A DNA stretch of 63,067 bases, counting the filler, from Octopus bimaculoides (taxonomy: Eukaryota): the NCBI RefSeq assembly GCF_001194135.2. It is 5 parts of 5 records of this genome, joined end to end, with 100 filler letters (N's around TTAATTAATTAA, not from the genome) between each part and the next. Parts side by side here need not be neighbours in the genome. Positions count along the whole stretch, not along the records: positions 28,723 to 40,679 come from NC_068987.1; positions 40,780 to 46,178 come from NC_068994.1; positions 46,279 to 63,067 come from NC_068989.1; 2 more parts are not named here. The stretch is one strand, 5' to 3'. A program made the position numbers and the translations under genes. The notes under the pieces are model-generated. The model ran no database searches. It saw only the letters and a program-made list of their open reading frames with translations, and had not been told where the DNA came from. Below, in pieces: positions 36,340 to 49,209 of this stretch. The stretch's first letter is position 1; every line of letters starts with the position of its first letter.

Positions 36340-37771
36340 AATATACTCTGTGTGTGTGTGTTTCTTGCGTTTGTGTTATGTTTGTCCCATCACTGCTTGA
36401 CAACCGGAGTTGGTTTGTTTACGTTCCTGTAAACTAGCAGTTTGGCAAAAAGAAACTGACAGAATGAATACCAGATTTAAAAAAAGTGAATATTAGGGGC
36501 GATCTGTTCGACTAAAGCCTTTAAGGCGGTGTCGTAGCATGGCTGCAGTCCAGTGATTAACACAAGTAAAAGAGAAGCTTCCTTCATCTCAATGTCTTTA
36601 TTATACTTCAGTATACAGTGTTATTTCGGTGTAAATGATCGTTATAGCATAAACTACTAATAAATCCACAGAATGTTATGCTTCAAGAATCTCGTTTCTT
36701 TAATGGGATCCTGTTATGTGTTATTCAGTGTGTTTTAGTCATTAGGGAGATTGTCATGCTGGAGCATCGCTTTCACTAATCAATATTTGATAGGTTTACC
36801 AACACGAGAGGAAATCGGTTATTCAGAAGAAATATGAAGAAAAAAAAACCCCAAAAAACAAAAACAAAAAACGAACAAAATTACGGAAAATATAGATCGT
36901 ATAAAGCATTTCATTAATTCATTACTGGAACAGAATAAAAAAAAATGCCCATAACGTAATTTGATAGCATTGAAATTCAGTTATGCGTTAAACATTCATT
37001 ACGAGTCTATATATAATATATATTGCGTACATGCACAGACATGCGCGCGCTCACACACACACACACACATACACGCACACAAATGCACACGCATACATGG
37101 ACAAATACACACACACACTCACACAAATACACACACAAATACTGATATTTGTGTGTTTTCACAGTAATACGTACACTCACACACACATACACACACATAC
37201 ACACATAATGTATGTTATATACAATGAAATCAGATGATCAAGCGTGCACATCTCTCACACGATCGTCGAACAAACGAAAGGTGTCACACAGTGAAGATTT
37301 TAAAACTGACTACCTGAAAAAAAAAAAAATAAAAACAGGAAGAAACAAAATCAAAACATACGATATTGCACCCAACAGGCCAAACAAGACGCATGGCTTT
37401 CAGTATCCTCGTAAAGTACAAAATAGAAAAATTATGATGGGGCGAGGCTTTATCTACGGAAATAAGGCGCTAAACATTTATAAATGCGTTAAACGTTTAT
37501 TACGAGTCTATATTTATTACGAGTCTATATTTATTACGAGTGCGATTTGCTAAAGGGTTCAACCGAATTTCATAAACGATCATATATTTCGAAATTGTGA
37601 TATGAATATCTTACCAGAAAAAAAAAAAAGAAATGGAAAGAAAAATAGAAATTGCTGTATTAAATAAAATATGAGCATATTTTCTCAAAAACTACTCTGG
37701 CGACAGTAGTTTGTTTAGATGCAAGTAGCTTCTCAGGTTGATCAAAAAAAGCACATCTTTCTCATGGCCAA

Positions 37772-37802
<31 letters not shown>

Positions 37803-38320
37803 ATTACAGGCACAGATGATACAATTATTCTGACTAGAGTACCTCAGTAAATTGTCTTGGCGCTAGTAAGGTTTGCAGCCGTTCTCATAGACTTGCCGTC
37901 AGTCACACAAAGAATCATTCTTACTACTCATGGTGATGATATACTGATTCCAAAATCCTTTTGAGAGATTTGAATGTATGCAATAAACAAGTTAGAAAAC
38001 AGCAGCACAAAAAAGAAGAAAAAATGAGGTGTTGCCCCAACTCTCATTCAGTCACGAGGACATGAAACCAAAAATCACGGTCGAAGGCATCTGTTTCAGG
38101 GTAGCAGAAATGTCAGCGTACCTCCACATTGAAGACAAGGTCAATTGCAGTTTTTAGAAATTTGTTCCAGAGTTTGGGAATGTAACGGATATCAGCATCA
38201 CCACCAAATTTGAATTTCAAGCAAGCACTTATAAGCATACATACACATATATGTATAGATATTTATGTATGTATTATGTATATATGTAAGAAAACAAGCA
38301 AACAACAAATACAGATTAAG

Positions 38321-38525
38321 AGTGGGAACGCGGAATGTTAGAGGACACTTCTTGATTACAAAATGTCGAGTAACCCTGAAAGACGAAATGGCATAATAGC
38401 AATGGAGTTGGCTCGTTACAATATCGGCATTGCTGCATTTCAGAAGCCCGACAAAACAGGCGCTGGAAACACCTTCTCGAAGGATAAACCAAAGAGTGAA
38501 AAACGAGAGGAGGGTATTGATTTTC
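38321..38525 (+). mobile_element. RTE-clade LINE fragment (AP endonuclease N-terminus)
   Basis: VGTRNVR...NPERRNGIIAMELARYNIGIAAF...GAGNTF..KPKSEKREEGIDF matches GTWNVRTL...RPERRTA.VA.EL.RYNIDIAAL...GAGYTF. Confidence 0.8.
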
Positions 38526-38588
38526 AGACTTCTTTCAACTGCCGTCTACCAAATCCACCCACAAGGCTTTGGTCGCCCCGGAGCTAAT

Positions 38589-38960
38589 CGTGGCTGTGTC
38601 GTAAGAAGTTTGCTTACTAACCACACTGTTCTCAATTCAGTTCCACTGCGTGACACCTTACGTCACTGCTACCGTAGCCTTGGGCCGACCAAAGCTCTGT
38701 GAATTTAGTAGAGCGGAAACTGAAAGAAGCTTGTCGCGTGCACGTGTGTGGTGTGAATGTGTCTTTATGTCTGTGTTTGTCCTGTACGATCACTTGACAA
38801 CTGGTGTTAGTGTGCTTACATCTGCGCAACTTAGCAGTTCGGCAAAAGAACGAAAAACAAAAAAAAAAATAAGTACTGAAATCGATTTATTCGGCTAAAA
38901 TTCTTCCAGGTACTGCTCCAGAATGACCGCAGTCCAATGTCTGAAACATGTAAAATCTAA
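38589..38960 (+). mobile_element. SINE family A full copy, preceded by inverted head fragment 38528-38586
   Basis: cgtggctgtgtcgtaagaag head; tail about 38770-38960. Confidence 0.85.
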
Positions 38961-38980
38961 AAGATGTATGCATGTATGAA

Positions 38981-39026
<46 letters not shown>

Positions 39027-39577
39027 CATGTTTCATGAAGAAGTGATTTTAAACATTTCACAACAAAAACTGCCATGTTCATTTATGTCAGAATCTGTCG
39101 TGCTTTTGCGGTTTTAACACTACTAATTACGACTGTATATAACGAAAATCAGTTACTGATGAATTTTGTATGCCTGGTGTGTTTTACTTTCAGTTCTTTT
39201 CCCTTTGTTGTTGATTATTGGGCCATCGGTCTACTTTTGATTTACACACAGTTTTTTGTTCTGTGTGTACCATAAATATCGCTATCAATTAGAGAAAAAT
39301 TTGTAGTTTTGGAATCAGTAGTTCTTTGGCTGCTGTTTCTGAATTCTCAGTATGTTAGAGAAGCAGGATACTGCTAATCCCATTATATTTAAGATTATAN
39401 NNNNNNNNNNNNNNNNNNNNNNNNNNNNNNNNNNNNNNNNNNNNNNNNNNNNNNNNNNNNNNNNNNNNNNNNNNNNNNNNNNNNNNNNNNNNNNNNNNNN
39501 NNNNNNNNNNNNNNNNNNNNNNNNNNNNNNNNNNNNNNNNNNNNNNNNNNNNNNNNNNNNNNNNNNNNNNNNNNNNN

Positions 39578-39612
<35 letters not shown>

Positions 39613-39753
39613 TTGTATGTACGCGTATATATATATATATATATATATAATGTTCGACCTATCTATGCAGCTACATACATATATACATATTCATACGTAC
39701 ATACATACATGCATGCATACGTACATACATACATACATACATACATACATACA

Positions 39754-39787
<34 letters not shown>

Positions 39788-40018
39788 CATACATGCATGC
39801 ATACGTGCCACACATTTATTCCCCATGCTGAAATCATAAGAAAATTAGTATAACCAACATGTTGCTTCAAATTTTAGTTCAAAAGCTGTACAATTTTTCA
39901 ACATTTGGTTATTTAATCATTATATAATATGGATTTGAGGCGCCGTCCTGCACCCAAGAAAGAACTGCGTCTTATACATTGCACCAGCTTAACATTATGT
40001 GTGCATGATACATACGTA

Positions 40019-40057
<39 letters not shown>

Positions 40058-40460
40058 CACCTCTGTATCTATATAAGGGTATATAAATACGCTTGTATAC
40101 ACCTACATATACATACACAACGCACGCATATATACCCATATATATATATATGTATATGTATATATATATTTATATATATAAGTGTATATATGTATATATA
40201 CATATATATATATAAGTATATATATATATGTATATATGTGTGTATATATATGTACATATATATGTTTATTTATATATGTATGCACACACACATATATAGA
40301 GTTGTAGCCGATTAGCAAATGATTTTTATTTGAAATTAGAAATTGTGTTTGCATTTAAATTCAAAACGCAAATATTGCATTATAGACAGTTATGTCAAAA
40401 TATTTTACAGTATAATGTTTCATATAATTTCTTCAAACATTTACGTGGTGGCTGTCACAA

Positions 40461-40503
<43 letters not shown>

Positions 40504-40616
40504 TATATACACATAAATATATATATATACATGTATATATATATATGTATATATATATATGCACACACACATATATATATATATGTATACATATATATAT
40601 ATATACATATATATAT

Positions 40617-40679
<63 letters not shown>

Positions 40680-40938
40680 NNNNNNNNNNNNNNNNNNNNN
40701 NNNNNNNNNNNNNNNNNNNNNNNTTAATTAATTAANNNNNNNNNNNNNNNNNNNNNNNNNNNNNNNNNNNNNNNNNNNNCTCTTCACTGTATATGTAAAA
40801 AAGGAACAATGAAATCTCTTTGAATATGTTTTAACTTCAATGATACATTCCACTATTAAATTGTTCTCTGTCCATGTTGATTGTAACTTCCATTGTTTGG
40901 TGTCTCCTCACATTTCTTTATCGTTTGTTTGTCAACAG

Positions 40939-41092
40939 AAATACTGTCAACCTGTTGTGGTGACATCAAGTGATGATGCTGTGGAAGATAATGCTGCTAT
41001 GGTTTGTAACTATACATCAGATACAATGTCATCTAAGAGAAGTGGTAGACAAGGAGACCTGAAACATTATGAAGAAATACCAGGAGTATCAG
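40939..41092 (+). CDS. Candidate internal exon (154 nt, open frame KYCQPVVVTSSDD...GDLKHYEEIPGVS)
   Basis: Acceptor ttgtttgtcaacag ends 40938; donor CAG|GTTAGT at 41093; phase-0 frame is open throughout. Product not recognised. Confidence 0.5.
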
Positions 41093-41158
41093 GTTAGTAA
41101 TTACAATGTATATATTTTGCTTCATCATCTAGAATATAGACATCTCATAATTACTATT

Positions 41159-41332
41159 TCATCATCATCATCATTATCATTGTTTAACATCTGCTTTCCA
41201 TGCTGGCATAGGTTGGACGGTTTGACTGAGGACTGGCGAGCCAGATGGCTGCACCAGGCTCCAATCTCATCTGGCAGAATTTCTTCCTAACGCCAACCAC
41301 TCAGAGATTGTAGTGGGTGCTTTTACGTGCCA
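41159..41332 (-). mobile_element. Retroposon 3' end with (GAT)n tail (possibly RTE-related)
   Basis: (TCA)n followed by a GC-richer body ending tagtgggtgcttttacgtgcca; family assignment is from recollection, not alignment. Confidence 0.55.
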
Positions 41333-42962
41333 AATAGAATTTCTTTTGCAGCCTAAAATAATGTAATGTAATTTTGGTTTTGTTTTTATATATAAATATA
41401 TATATGCTAATATATTTGTAAAATCTATAATTTGTCTAAATTCCAGATCAAAATATATATAAAAACAACGATTCATCTACATCAAAAGATTCTAATGAAG
41501 AAACACCAGTGAAACATGTATAATTGTAGTACTGAAATAACCCAACCAATTGTATGTATGTATAATATCTGTACATACACAATCTCATATATACATGGTG
41601 TATTTTCTGTACAATATAGCAGTATAGATGTAAAGATGAGGGTGTCAAGTAATGAACAATGCTTCAGATAACTAAATATATAAGTTCTATAAATTAATAG
41701 CTTTCTTTCAGTCTGTATTAGTTTCTGTACAATAATCATCGTATATTTGTTTTTCAAAAAGTTTTTCGTTAAGCACGAAAAACTTTTTTTTTTTTTTAAT
41801 TTTTACTAAATAATGCAGTTTATGAATCCAAATATTGACACATGATTATAATTCTCTGAAGATAATTATCTAATCAACCCGAAACTTTGTTTGCAGACCA
41901 TAAAAACAGTCACTTTAGTGAGATATTCTAGTTGCAAGCTGCCTAAATACTTCATTGTCTTTCATTCCTATTGAAGTCAATGGAATAATAATAATAATAA
42001 TAATTGTTTCTAAGAAAGCACAAAGCCAAAAGTTTGGTTGGGTAGGTTAGGTCAAATATATCATCTCAAATATTCTGCTGGTATTATATCTTATCAATCC
42101 CAGAAGGATGAAAGGCACAATTGACCTCTGCAGATTTTGAACTCTGAATGAGTCATAAAGAATAATGCAAAGCTTTTTATTCCGATGTATAACAGAATTA
42201 AGGTAAAGGGACAAAATGACTTGCAGTTTTCCTTTTAGTTCTTTCCATTCTGAAATGAAATCCCATCAATGCTAACCTTTCTTTTTATCCTGTCAAGATC
42301 AATTAAATAAAGTACTAGCCAATTACTGGGGTTGATGATATCAGATATCATCCCCATCTTCTCAAAATTGTTGTACCTAAATCAGAAGCCATTATTATGG
42401 ATGGTGGCAAGCTGGAAGAATCTTTAGAGCATTGGGGAAAAAAACATCTTATAGCATCTCCTGGCTCTTTACATACTGGATTCAATTCCTCTCAGGATCA
42501 AACATTCGCATCAATGGTGTTCACAAAACCCATACCTCTCAAAATTGCTGGCCTGTACCAAAATGAGAAATCATTATCATCATCATCATTTATAACGTTT
42601 GTTTTATTATGTGGCCATCTAGAGATAACCATCTTGTTTAACATTGACACTTTCAGAAGTATTTGTAATTATAGCTACATTATACCTTTAATTCTAAGTG
42701 TAAGCAGTATTTCAGAAATTGTAAATCATAATGTCATATATTCTTGTGACAATATATAAACATTCTCATTGAAATATAAATGCATATAAATTTCCAAGAG
42801 GACACTAGCATTGAATTTTAGGAGCAAGGTAATTCAACATAAAGATAGTTATAATGGCAATAAAGTTTATGAAAAAGAATGAACATCACACAGTCTCACT
42901 TTTTTCCATGTACAAATTTAAAGTATTTGTCTAATAAAATCAATGTAAAAGAGAAGATTGTC

Positions 42963-42996
42963 ATTGGTCTTCTGTTTAGGTCATTCAGCCAATCAG
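42963..42996. promoter_or_regulatory. Two CCAAT boxes in opposite orientation (ATTGG 42963-42967; AGCCAATCAG 42987-42996)
   Basis: Both fit the NF-Y consensus; they overlap a candidate acceptor, so function is uncertain. Confidence 0.25.
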
Positions 42997-43397
42997 ATTC
43001 TCACTAAAACACAGAAAGAAATCACTAACAAAGATATGCATTCACATTACTGATGTTCTTAAACCAAACAATTATGTATAAATCTAGAATATTACTGCTT
43101 TTGAAATATATATCGACATAGATATATGTAAATAGTTATTGATAACAGTAAACAAACACCATCTTTGAGGATAAATACATGCAGAATATTATTACATGGA
43201 TGTACTCCCACAAAACATACAACTTCAATGACACATGCAGCCCTCTCCTAGCAGCAGACTATCTGCCTGACGTGCTACACTACTCCATCAACATACAGCC
43301 ATTGTCACACCATTACAGCAGCACGTACAATGGATCTTTCTACAACAATACATCTTTCTATTCTCACTGAATAACCAATGATATAATTATTAAAGAG
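42980..43397 (+). other. Candidate exon between acceptor tcttctgtttag (42979) and donor AG|GTAAGT (43398)
   Basis: Both splice sites match consensus. Joined to the 40939-41092 exon it reads GHSANQILTKTQKEITNKDMHSHY* (TGA 43051-43053). AATAAA at 43437-43442. Confidence 0.4.
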
Positions 43398-45770
43398 GTA
43401 AGTTTCTATTTAATCTTTTATAATCTTATTTGATGTAATAAATCTCATTTAATGTTTAAGATATTCTAACATATTTATTATTAACAAGAGAACAAAGAGA
43501 TTGAACAATAATACACTCATATTTTACATTAATTTTGTCCATCTTGTTTAACATATAGATGTAATTGATTAAAAGGTTTAATAGTTTTCTTCTATTGAAA
43601 CAATATTATCTATGCATGCATAATACTTGCTAAAGATATTTCAGGTTTGGTCATTCTACCTTTGAGTATATCTAGGACTGTAATCTACACGTTTTCTGTT
43701 TCCATTTTAAGACTGTAGTGTGCAAGTTGAGAGAATCTGGCTGGCATTTCTAGCAAGTCTGGTGATTATGCAGAAGTACCCTCAATTGTACCTATTGCAA
43801 TATATGTTTGTGTTAGTGTAAGAAGAAGGCTGTAATACTGTCCCTACATAGTAAATGGTATATTTAACAAGTTTAGGGATTTGCTATAAAAAAGAAGTGT
43901 GCTGCAGTTTGTCTCAATCTGCTCTTACTGTACAGATTATTATCTGTGATGAGCTAACAGTATGTTAAAGATTTTGGTTGGAATAATGGCAGCCATATTA
44001 GGATTTGTAGCTGTTATGGGGTGAAGAGATATGGTGGCAGCTTATATGAGACAATAAAAAGAGAACAGTGAGTTCTGTTTGAAGTTGACAGAATATGAAC
44101 AATACAGTACATATATATATTTTTTATTAGCTTACAAAGCATACTTGGAAGATATAATTATACATAATTTGTTTTTGAACATATCTTCCAAATTTACTTC
44201 CTTTCATAATTTATTTATAAAACTGTCAAAATTTTTTAATTGTATTTTATGCTAATCTCGCCAATATTTAATTACAAATTTTTGTTAGATTTTGTTAATT
44301 TTTTAAGCTAATATTTTACAGAAATTTAAGTTGAGTATTTTAGATATTAATTAGGTTTAAAATTCAAATTAAAAACCATTCACAAGCATCATCAATATCA
44401 TCTCATTGTCAGATGTGTTTTGTAATGTTGTATGTCCATATATATTTTGGTATAAATTGCTACTATTAATAATATCTAATCTTCAAATTTTGTGGTTTCT
44501 CTGAATTTCAGTTAAGATTGTTACACTTTAGTCTTTGTTTTTCCCAAATGTTTCAGTGTTCTTATTAACCAATCCTTGTCACTCATTCTCTTGTCAGTCT
44601 TCTAATCTGAGAGTCTTTTATCATTGATTGACTTTTATACTTCTCTACGTTGAATGATACAAATATTTATCTTTAAAATGTCTATTGCAAAGATGTCTTA
44701 AACTGCCAGGAGCAGAAAATCTCTCAAGATGTGAAATTAATTATAAGCTAACATACTTCGTTTAGTCAACCAGACAGAATTTTTAATCCGTGAGACTTCA
44801 ACTTGACTGAAGAAAAGGAAAGTCAAGTAAATAACCATTTTTTTTCTCAAAGAAGGCAAGGGGAAAACTTGAGAATATAAATTGATTGCAATTTCAAGAG
44901 AGACATGCTACTGTGAATGAGTCTGCTTTTTTTTGTAAGACATTTTTGTAAGATTGCTGACAAATGGTGATGACTTTCCTTTTCATTATGAATTTAATTT
45001 CAAATGGTTAAAAATTGTTTTGGATTACTGTGTATATTAGCCCAAATGTAACTGTATGCTCTTGATGCATAAACACCCTTGGGAAATGTTCCACTAACAT
45101 CATTTTAAATTACAATTGATTGGTAGTGAATAGCATTCACAAATAATTGTAATTTCTCAAAATCATTCTATTATGTGGTGTGTTTGACTACTTTGTTGAG
45201 GTGTTTAATTAGATGGAAACACGTCCAGAATAGTTGCTTTATTTAACAATGATTGAATCTAACTCCCCATTGCTTGTTTCCATGTAATTTTAAATCAGTT
45301 CAGAGTTCAGAGTTGCTCTTTAGCCTTTTTTGAAAAATAAAGTTTTCATCAGTGCTAATGACAGAGGCATAAAGTTAACAGTGAATGGAAGTTATTAAAC
45401 TTTAGATATTGTGGACTATTATAGATCACAACTCACTACAAAAATCAGATCATATTGGACTACATTGTGATGGATATATACGTGAAAGTTCTTTGGGTTT
45501 TCTTTATCAGTCCTATTATTTCTGCTATAAAAATATTCAAATCCTACCTTTGGTTATTCAAATTGTGATGGGGTATGTAGTGGTTTTGTTTTACGGTTTT
45601 GTAGAAACATTGACTAGTAAATTATTAATTTGTGCTTTAATCTTCATATGTAAAATAATAATTCCATATTTTAAACTGTGGTTTATTTATAAGAATATCT
45701 AATCAATTAAATGATTTCTAATTTTAGGTTCAATCCTCAAAACATCTGATATCTTTACCACAGCGACAAA

Positions 45771-46178
45771 ATGTTGCTCTCATTGACTATTATATTGTCA
45801 ATAATCCACTGTGTCCTGACCATAGACCTTACATATCATGTGGAAGAAGAGAGAAGTCCAGGAACATATGTAGCAGACATTGCTGCTGATTCTAAACTTT
45901 TAGACAATGTTAAACCATCTGACCAACATTTGATAACATTCAGTCAATTCAAACGAAAGGTGGCACAGTTATTTAATATCACCAAAACAGGTAAACTGTA
46001 CACTGCTCAGACACTGGATGCAGAAGATCTATGTACATTCAACAAAGAATGTTCCAGAACTGTTAAAATTATTATAAAGAAAGTGGATAGTTTCACAAAA
46101 ATATTAAAAGTCAAAATAGTGATAGAAGACATTAATGACCATGAACCGGAGTTTCCAGAAAAACAAATCACTCTACAT
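45771..46178 (+). CDS. Pcdh: Protocadherin (cephalopod-type), 5' partial: signal peptide + EC1, truncated by assembly spacer
   Basis: AAAATG start; hydrophobic leader MLLSLTIILSIIHCVLT; EC1 features DLTYHVEEE, PGTYVADIAAD, TGKLYT, LDAE (LDRE-like), C-x5-C (CTFNKEC) and calcium-binding DINDHEPEF (DxNDNxPxF). 136 uninterrupted codons up to the N spacer. Acceptor ttctaattttag at 45727 precedes it. Paralogue cannot be named. Confidence 0.93.
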
Positions 46179-49100
46179 NNNNNNNNNNNNNNNNNNNNNN
46201 NNNNNNNNNNNNNNNNNNNNNNTTAATTAATTAANNNNNNNNNNNNNNNNNNNNNNNNNNNNNNNNNNNNNNNNNNNNTATATATATTTATATATATATA
46301 TATATACATTATATATATAGGTTAGGAGCGATTGTGGTGTCAATTAGACCCAGAGGTCTCAGGTAATGCTGAGTAAGTGCTATTTATAGACCACAGTTAA
46401 GCTCCAGGTTCGGTGGTTATGCGAATAAGAGTTCCAACGTAGGTCATATATCAGCGTTTGAATATAAGGATTTACTTTTCGTAATGAGATAAAAAAAAAA
46501 ACAAGGCTGTGTATAATATAGAACATTTATCACATTATATATAGAAGTAAATACAAAAGCGGAGTTGTTTGTCATAGAATCTAAAGAAAGCCATTGATGT
46601 AATTCAGGTATCATAATACTTTCGAAAATATTTTACGTAAAATCTGTTGGGAATGTGATAAACATATTTTGACATCATTATTCAGACTTAACACATTAAT
46701 TAAAGTATGATTTCATACACACAACTGCATACTGTGTGCATTCCTTACATGTTAACTTTAATTTAATAAGAAATCAGGCAAGTTGGAAGTCGAATCACCT
46801 TAAATAGAGCCTCCATATTTCAATATTTTATGAAACACAGATTTCATTTCATATATTGTAAACTATATAGATTTTTATGCAGTTTTAAAGGCCGTATATA
46901 ACGTATATATCAATATATGTGTTTTGTTGTTTAGGTAAAATTTTTGATTCCTGATTCCGTTTGTAATAAATTACAGCAGCTGGCCTGCAATTAAAATTCT
47001 TCTGTATTTTCCCAAATGCTCGTATTAGACAATCTGTTTCATGTAATTTTTATTTATACATTTCCGAAATATTTCGCAGTATTGATTTACATAAATGAGT
47101 TAGTAAAATATCGTACTGTCAAGTGGCATAATGTGATGATATCAAACGAAATTAATGTTTATGGTTTCATCTCAATATTGGAGACTAGTTTACACCATGT
47201 TTATGCCGTAAATATAAAGTGCGGCACTAACTCATTGAAAGCCATATGCCGACAAAAGCTGTTGTGTAAAACAAGAAAAATTATTTTCATTTTTCTGCAA
47301 TCTAATCTAAGCCCAATATACAAAATAGTGCGCAGAAAGCCATCGAACATTTCTACCAGTGGAGCGGACGATATCTTTCTCACAAACTGAGTGTTTGCAT
47401 GTGTGTCTCATGGGATCAGAACTGTTACAAAACTGATAAGCTTTTGCAGTGTACTATTATTTACAATAATTGCATTCACATTTCACAGTAAAGTTTCGTG
47501 AATTTTTTTTCCCCAACAGACATAATGCATACAGCCAAGAATATTACGATTCAGGGAGGAACAGCTTATTTTAATTTTGTATAAGGAATATAATGTTAGG
47601 AAATTTATATATGTTCAGTTAAAAGTCGATGTCGCTTAGTCGGAGTGATTATTTAAATTTTGTAGTAGAGGGATGTCTTTTAATTAGAAAATTGTAAAAT
47701 ATCATAGTTAATATAATACGTGCTTAAGTGACACAATATATTTATTATGATGATGTTGTGACCAATGCAAATATTGATGATGATGTCGGCTCTGTGCGAT
47801 ATATTTATCAGTGCTCATGTGGAAAGATTATTAAGACTGTTCCGTGTTACCTACAATAATACAATACTGTTTCAGATTCGATTCTGCGAACAACGGTACC
47901 TTCTTGTATTCAGAGTTAATATAGTCAAGTAATTGAAGAACGCTTGGAGATTTGTTGACTAAGGAGAGGTTGGCAAATATTATCGAATTTTGTTAATTTT
48001 CAATAGTGATTAACACCTATAACTAGGAATTGCCGATCTATAAATTCTTCCTAAAGTTTCCAATCACAGATTTATCTTTCGTATATATGGAGGAATCTAT
48101 AAATTAATGTCTTTATATCTCTTTTTCCAAATATCTCCTGCACCATTATCTGCGCTAACTTAACTGTAATCCAGTTTCATGCATCACTATACATCTAATT
48201 TCGTAGTCATGAGCGATAAATACGAAGGCAAATTTGTTGTGTAACATATTCTAAGTATAGCCATTGATGATGCAGCTAAGAGGCTACACTAATCTCCTTA
48301 CCGATTGTCAGGTTGTATGAATTCACAATTGACATTGTTCTCCGCCATCGCATATATGTAAGTGAAGTAGAACAAAGTGTGTCTTACGATTTCGTTAATT
48401 AAACTCAGACGAAGAGTGTTTGAGGCATCAGGCTATATGTAAATGATTGAACTGGAAAAGCAAATGTCGTAGCATGAAACAATGAAATGAACTTGTTTCA
48501 CCAAATTGATATATACAAATTACCAGTCTGCGTGTAATCGAGGAAATTCTGCTTAGTGTCTGCAAGGAGTTTGCATTTCAGACATTTATTATTTCAGTCA
48601 ATGAGCATGGCACAACAGATGCAGATCTGGTATACAGTTAACATGTTCTGATGTAATCAACTTGAATGGTAATAGTAAAGTGGTTTGATTATCCGGATAA
48701 GTGGTTGGTATTTGTAAAAATATACGGACATAGCATAGGGGCATCAGGCAACAGAAAAGTATATAAGAAAATCGCTTTCGAAAGCTACTGTCAATTCCAG
48801 CCATGTATGATTTGTCTAGTATCATATAGGAAGGGCCCCACACATTTTAGAAGGTTATCGCTTATAATTTTAGTAACATTTGCTAAATTCTACATGTCAT
48901 ATAAATGTTAGCAAATGGCATTTAAACTGAATAAGAATCATAGACCAAAAAAAAAAACAACGAAAATAATAATTATAAAATTAACGTACAAGTGAATGAG
49001 GCTAGGCAGCGTCAAAAGTCGTTGCGTATTTTCACTGATGATTTTGGCAATATGTATCTCCACGTCATATTATTGGTTTGATAGTGTTTGTTGTCTAATC

Positions 49101-49209
49101 ATTGCTGAATTGTTTATTCTATATTTTAATGTATGTCATGTAAACATTAATTGTTAATTCTTTATTTTACTGCTTTAGTAAAGAATTTTGGAGAATTTGC
49201 AATTAGAGC

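Noticed and set aside
46279-49200. Continuation of the protocadherin after the spacer
   Set aside because: No cadherin motifs seen in the ORF track or by eye, and the spacer is an artificial join.
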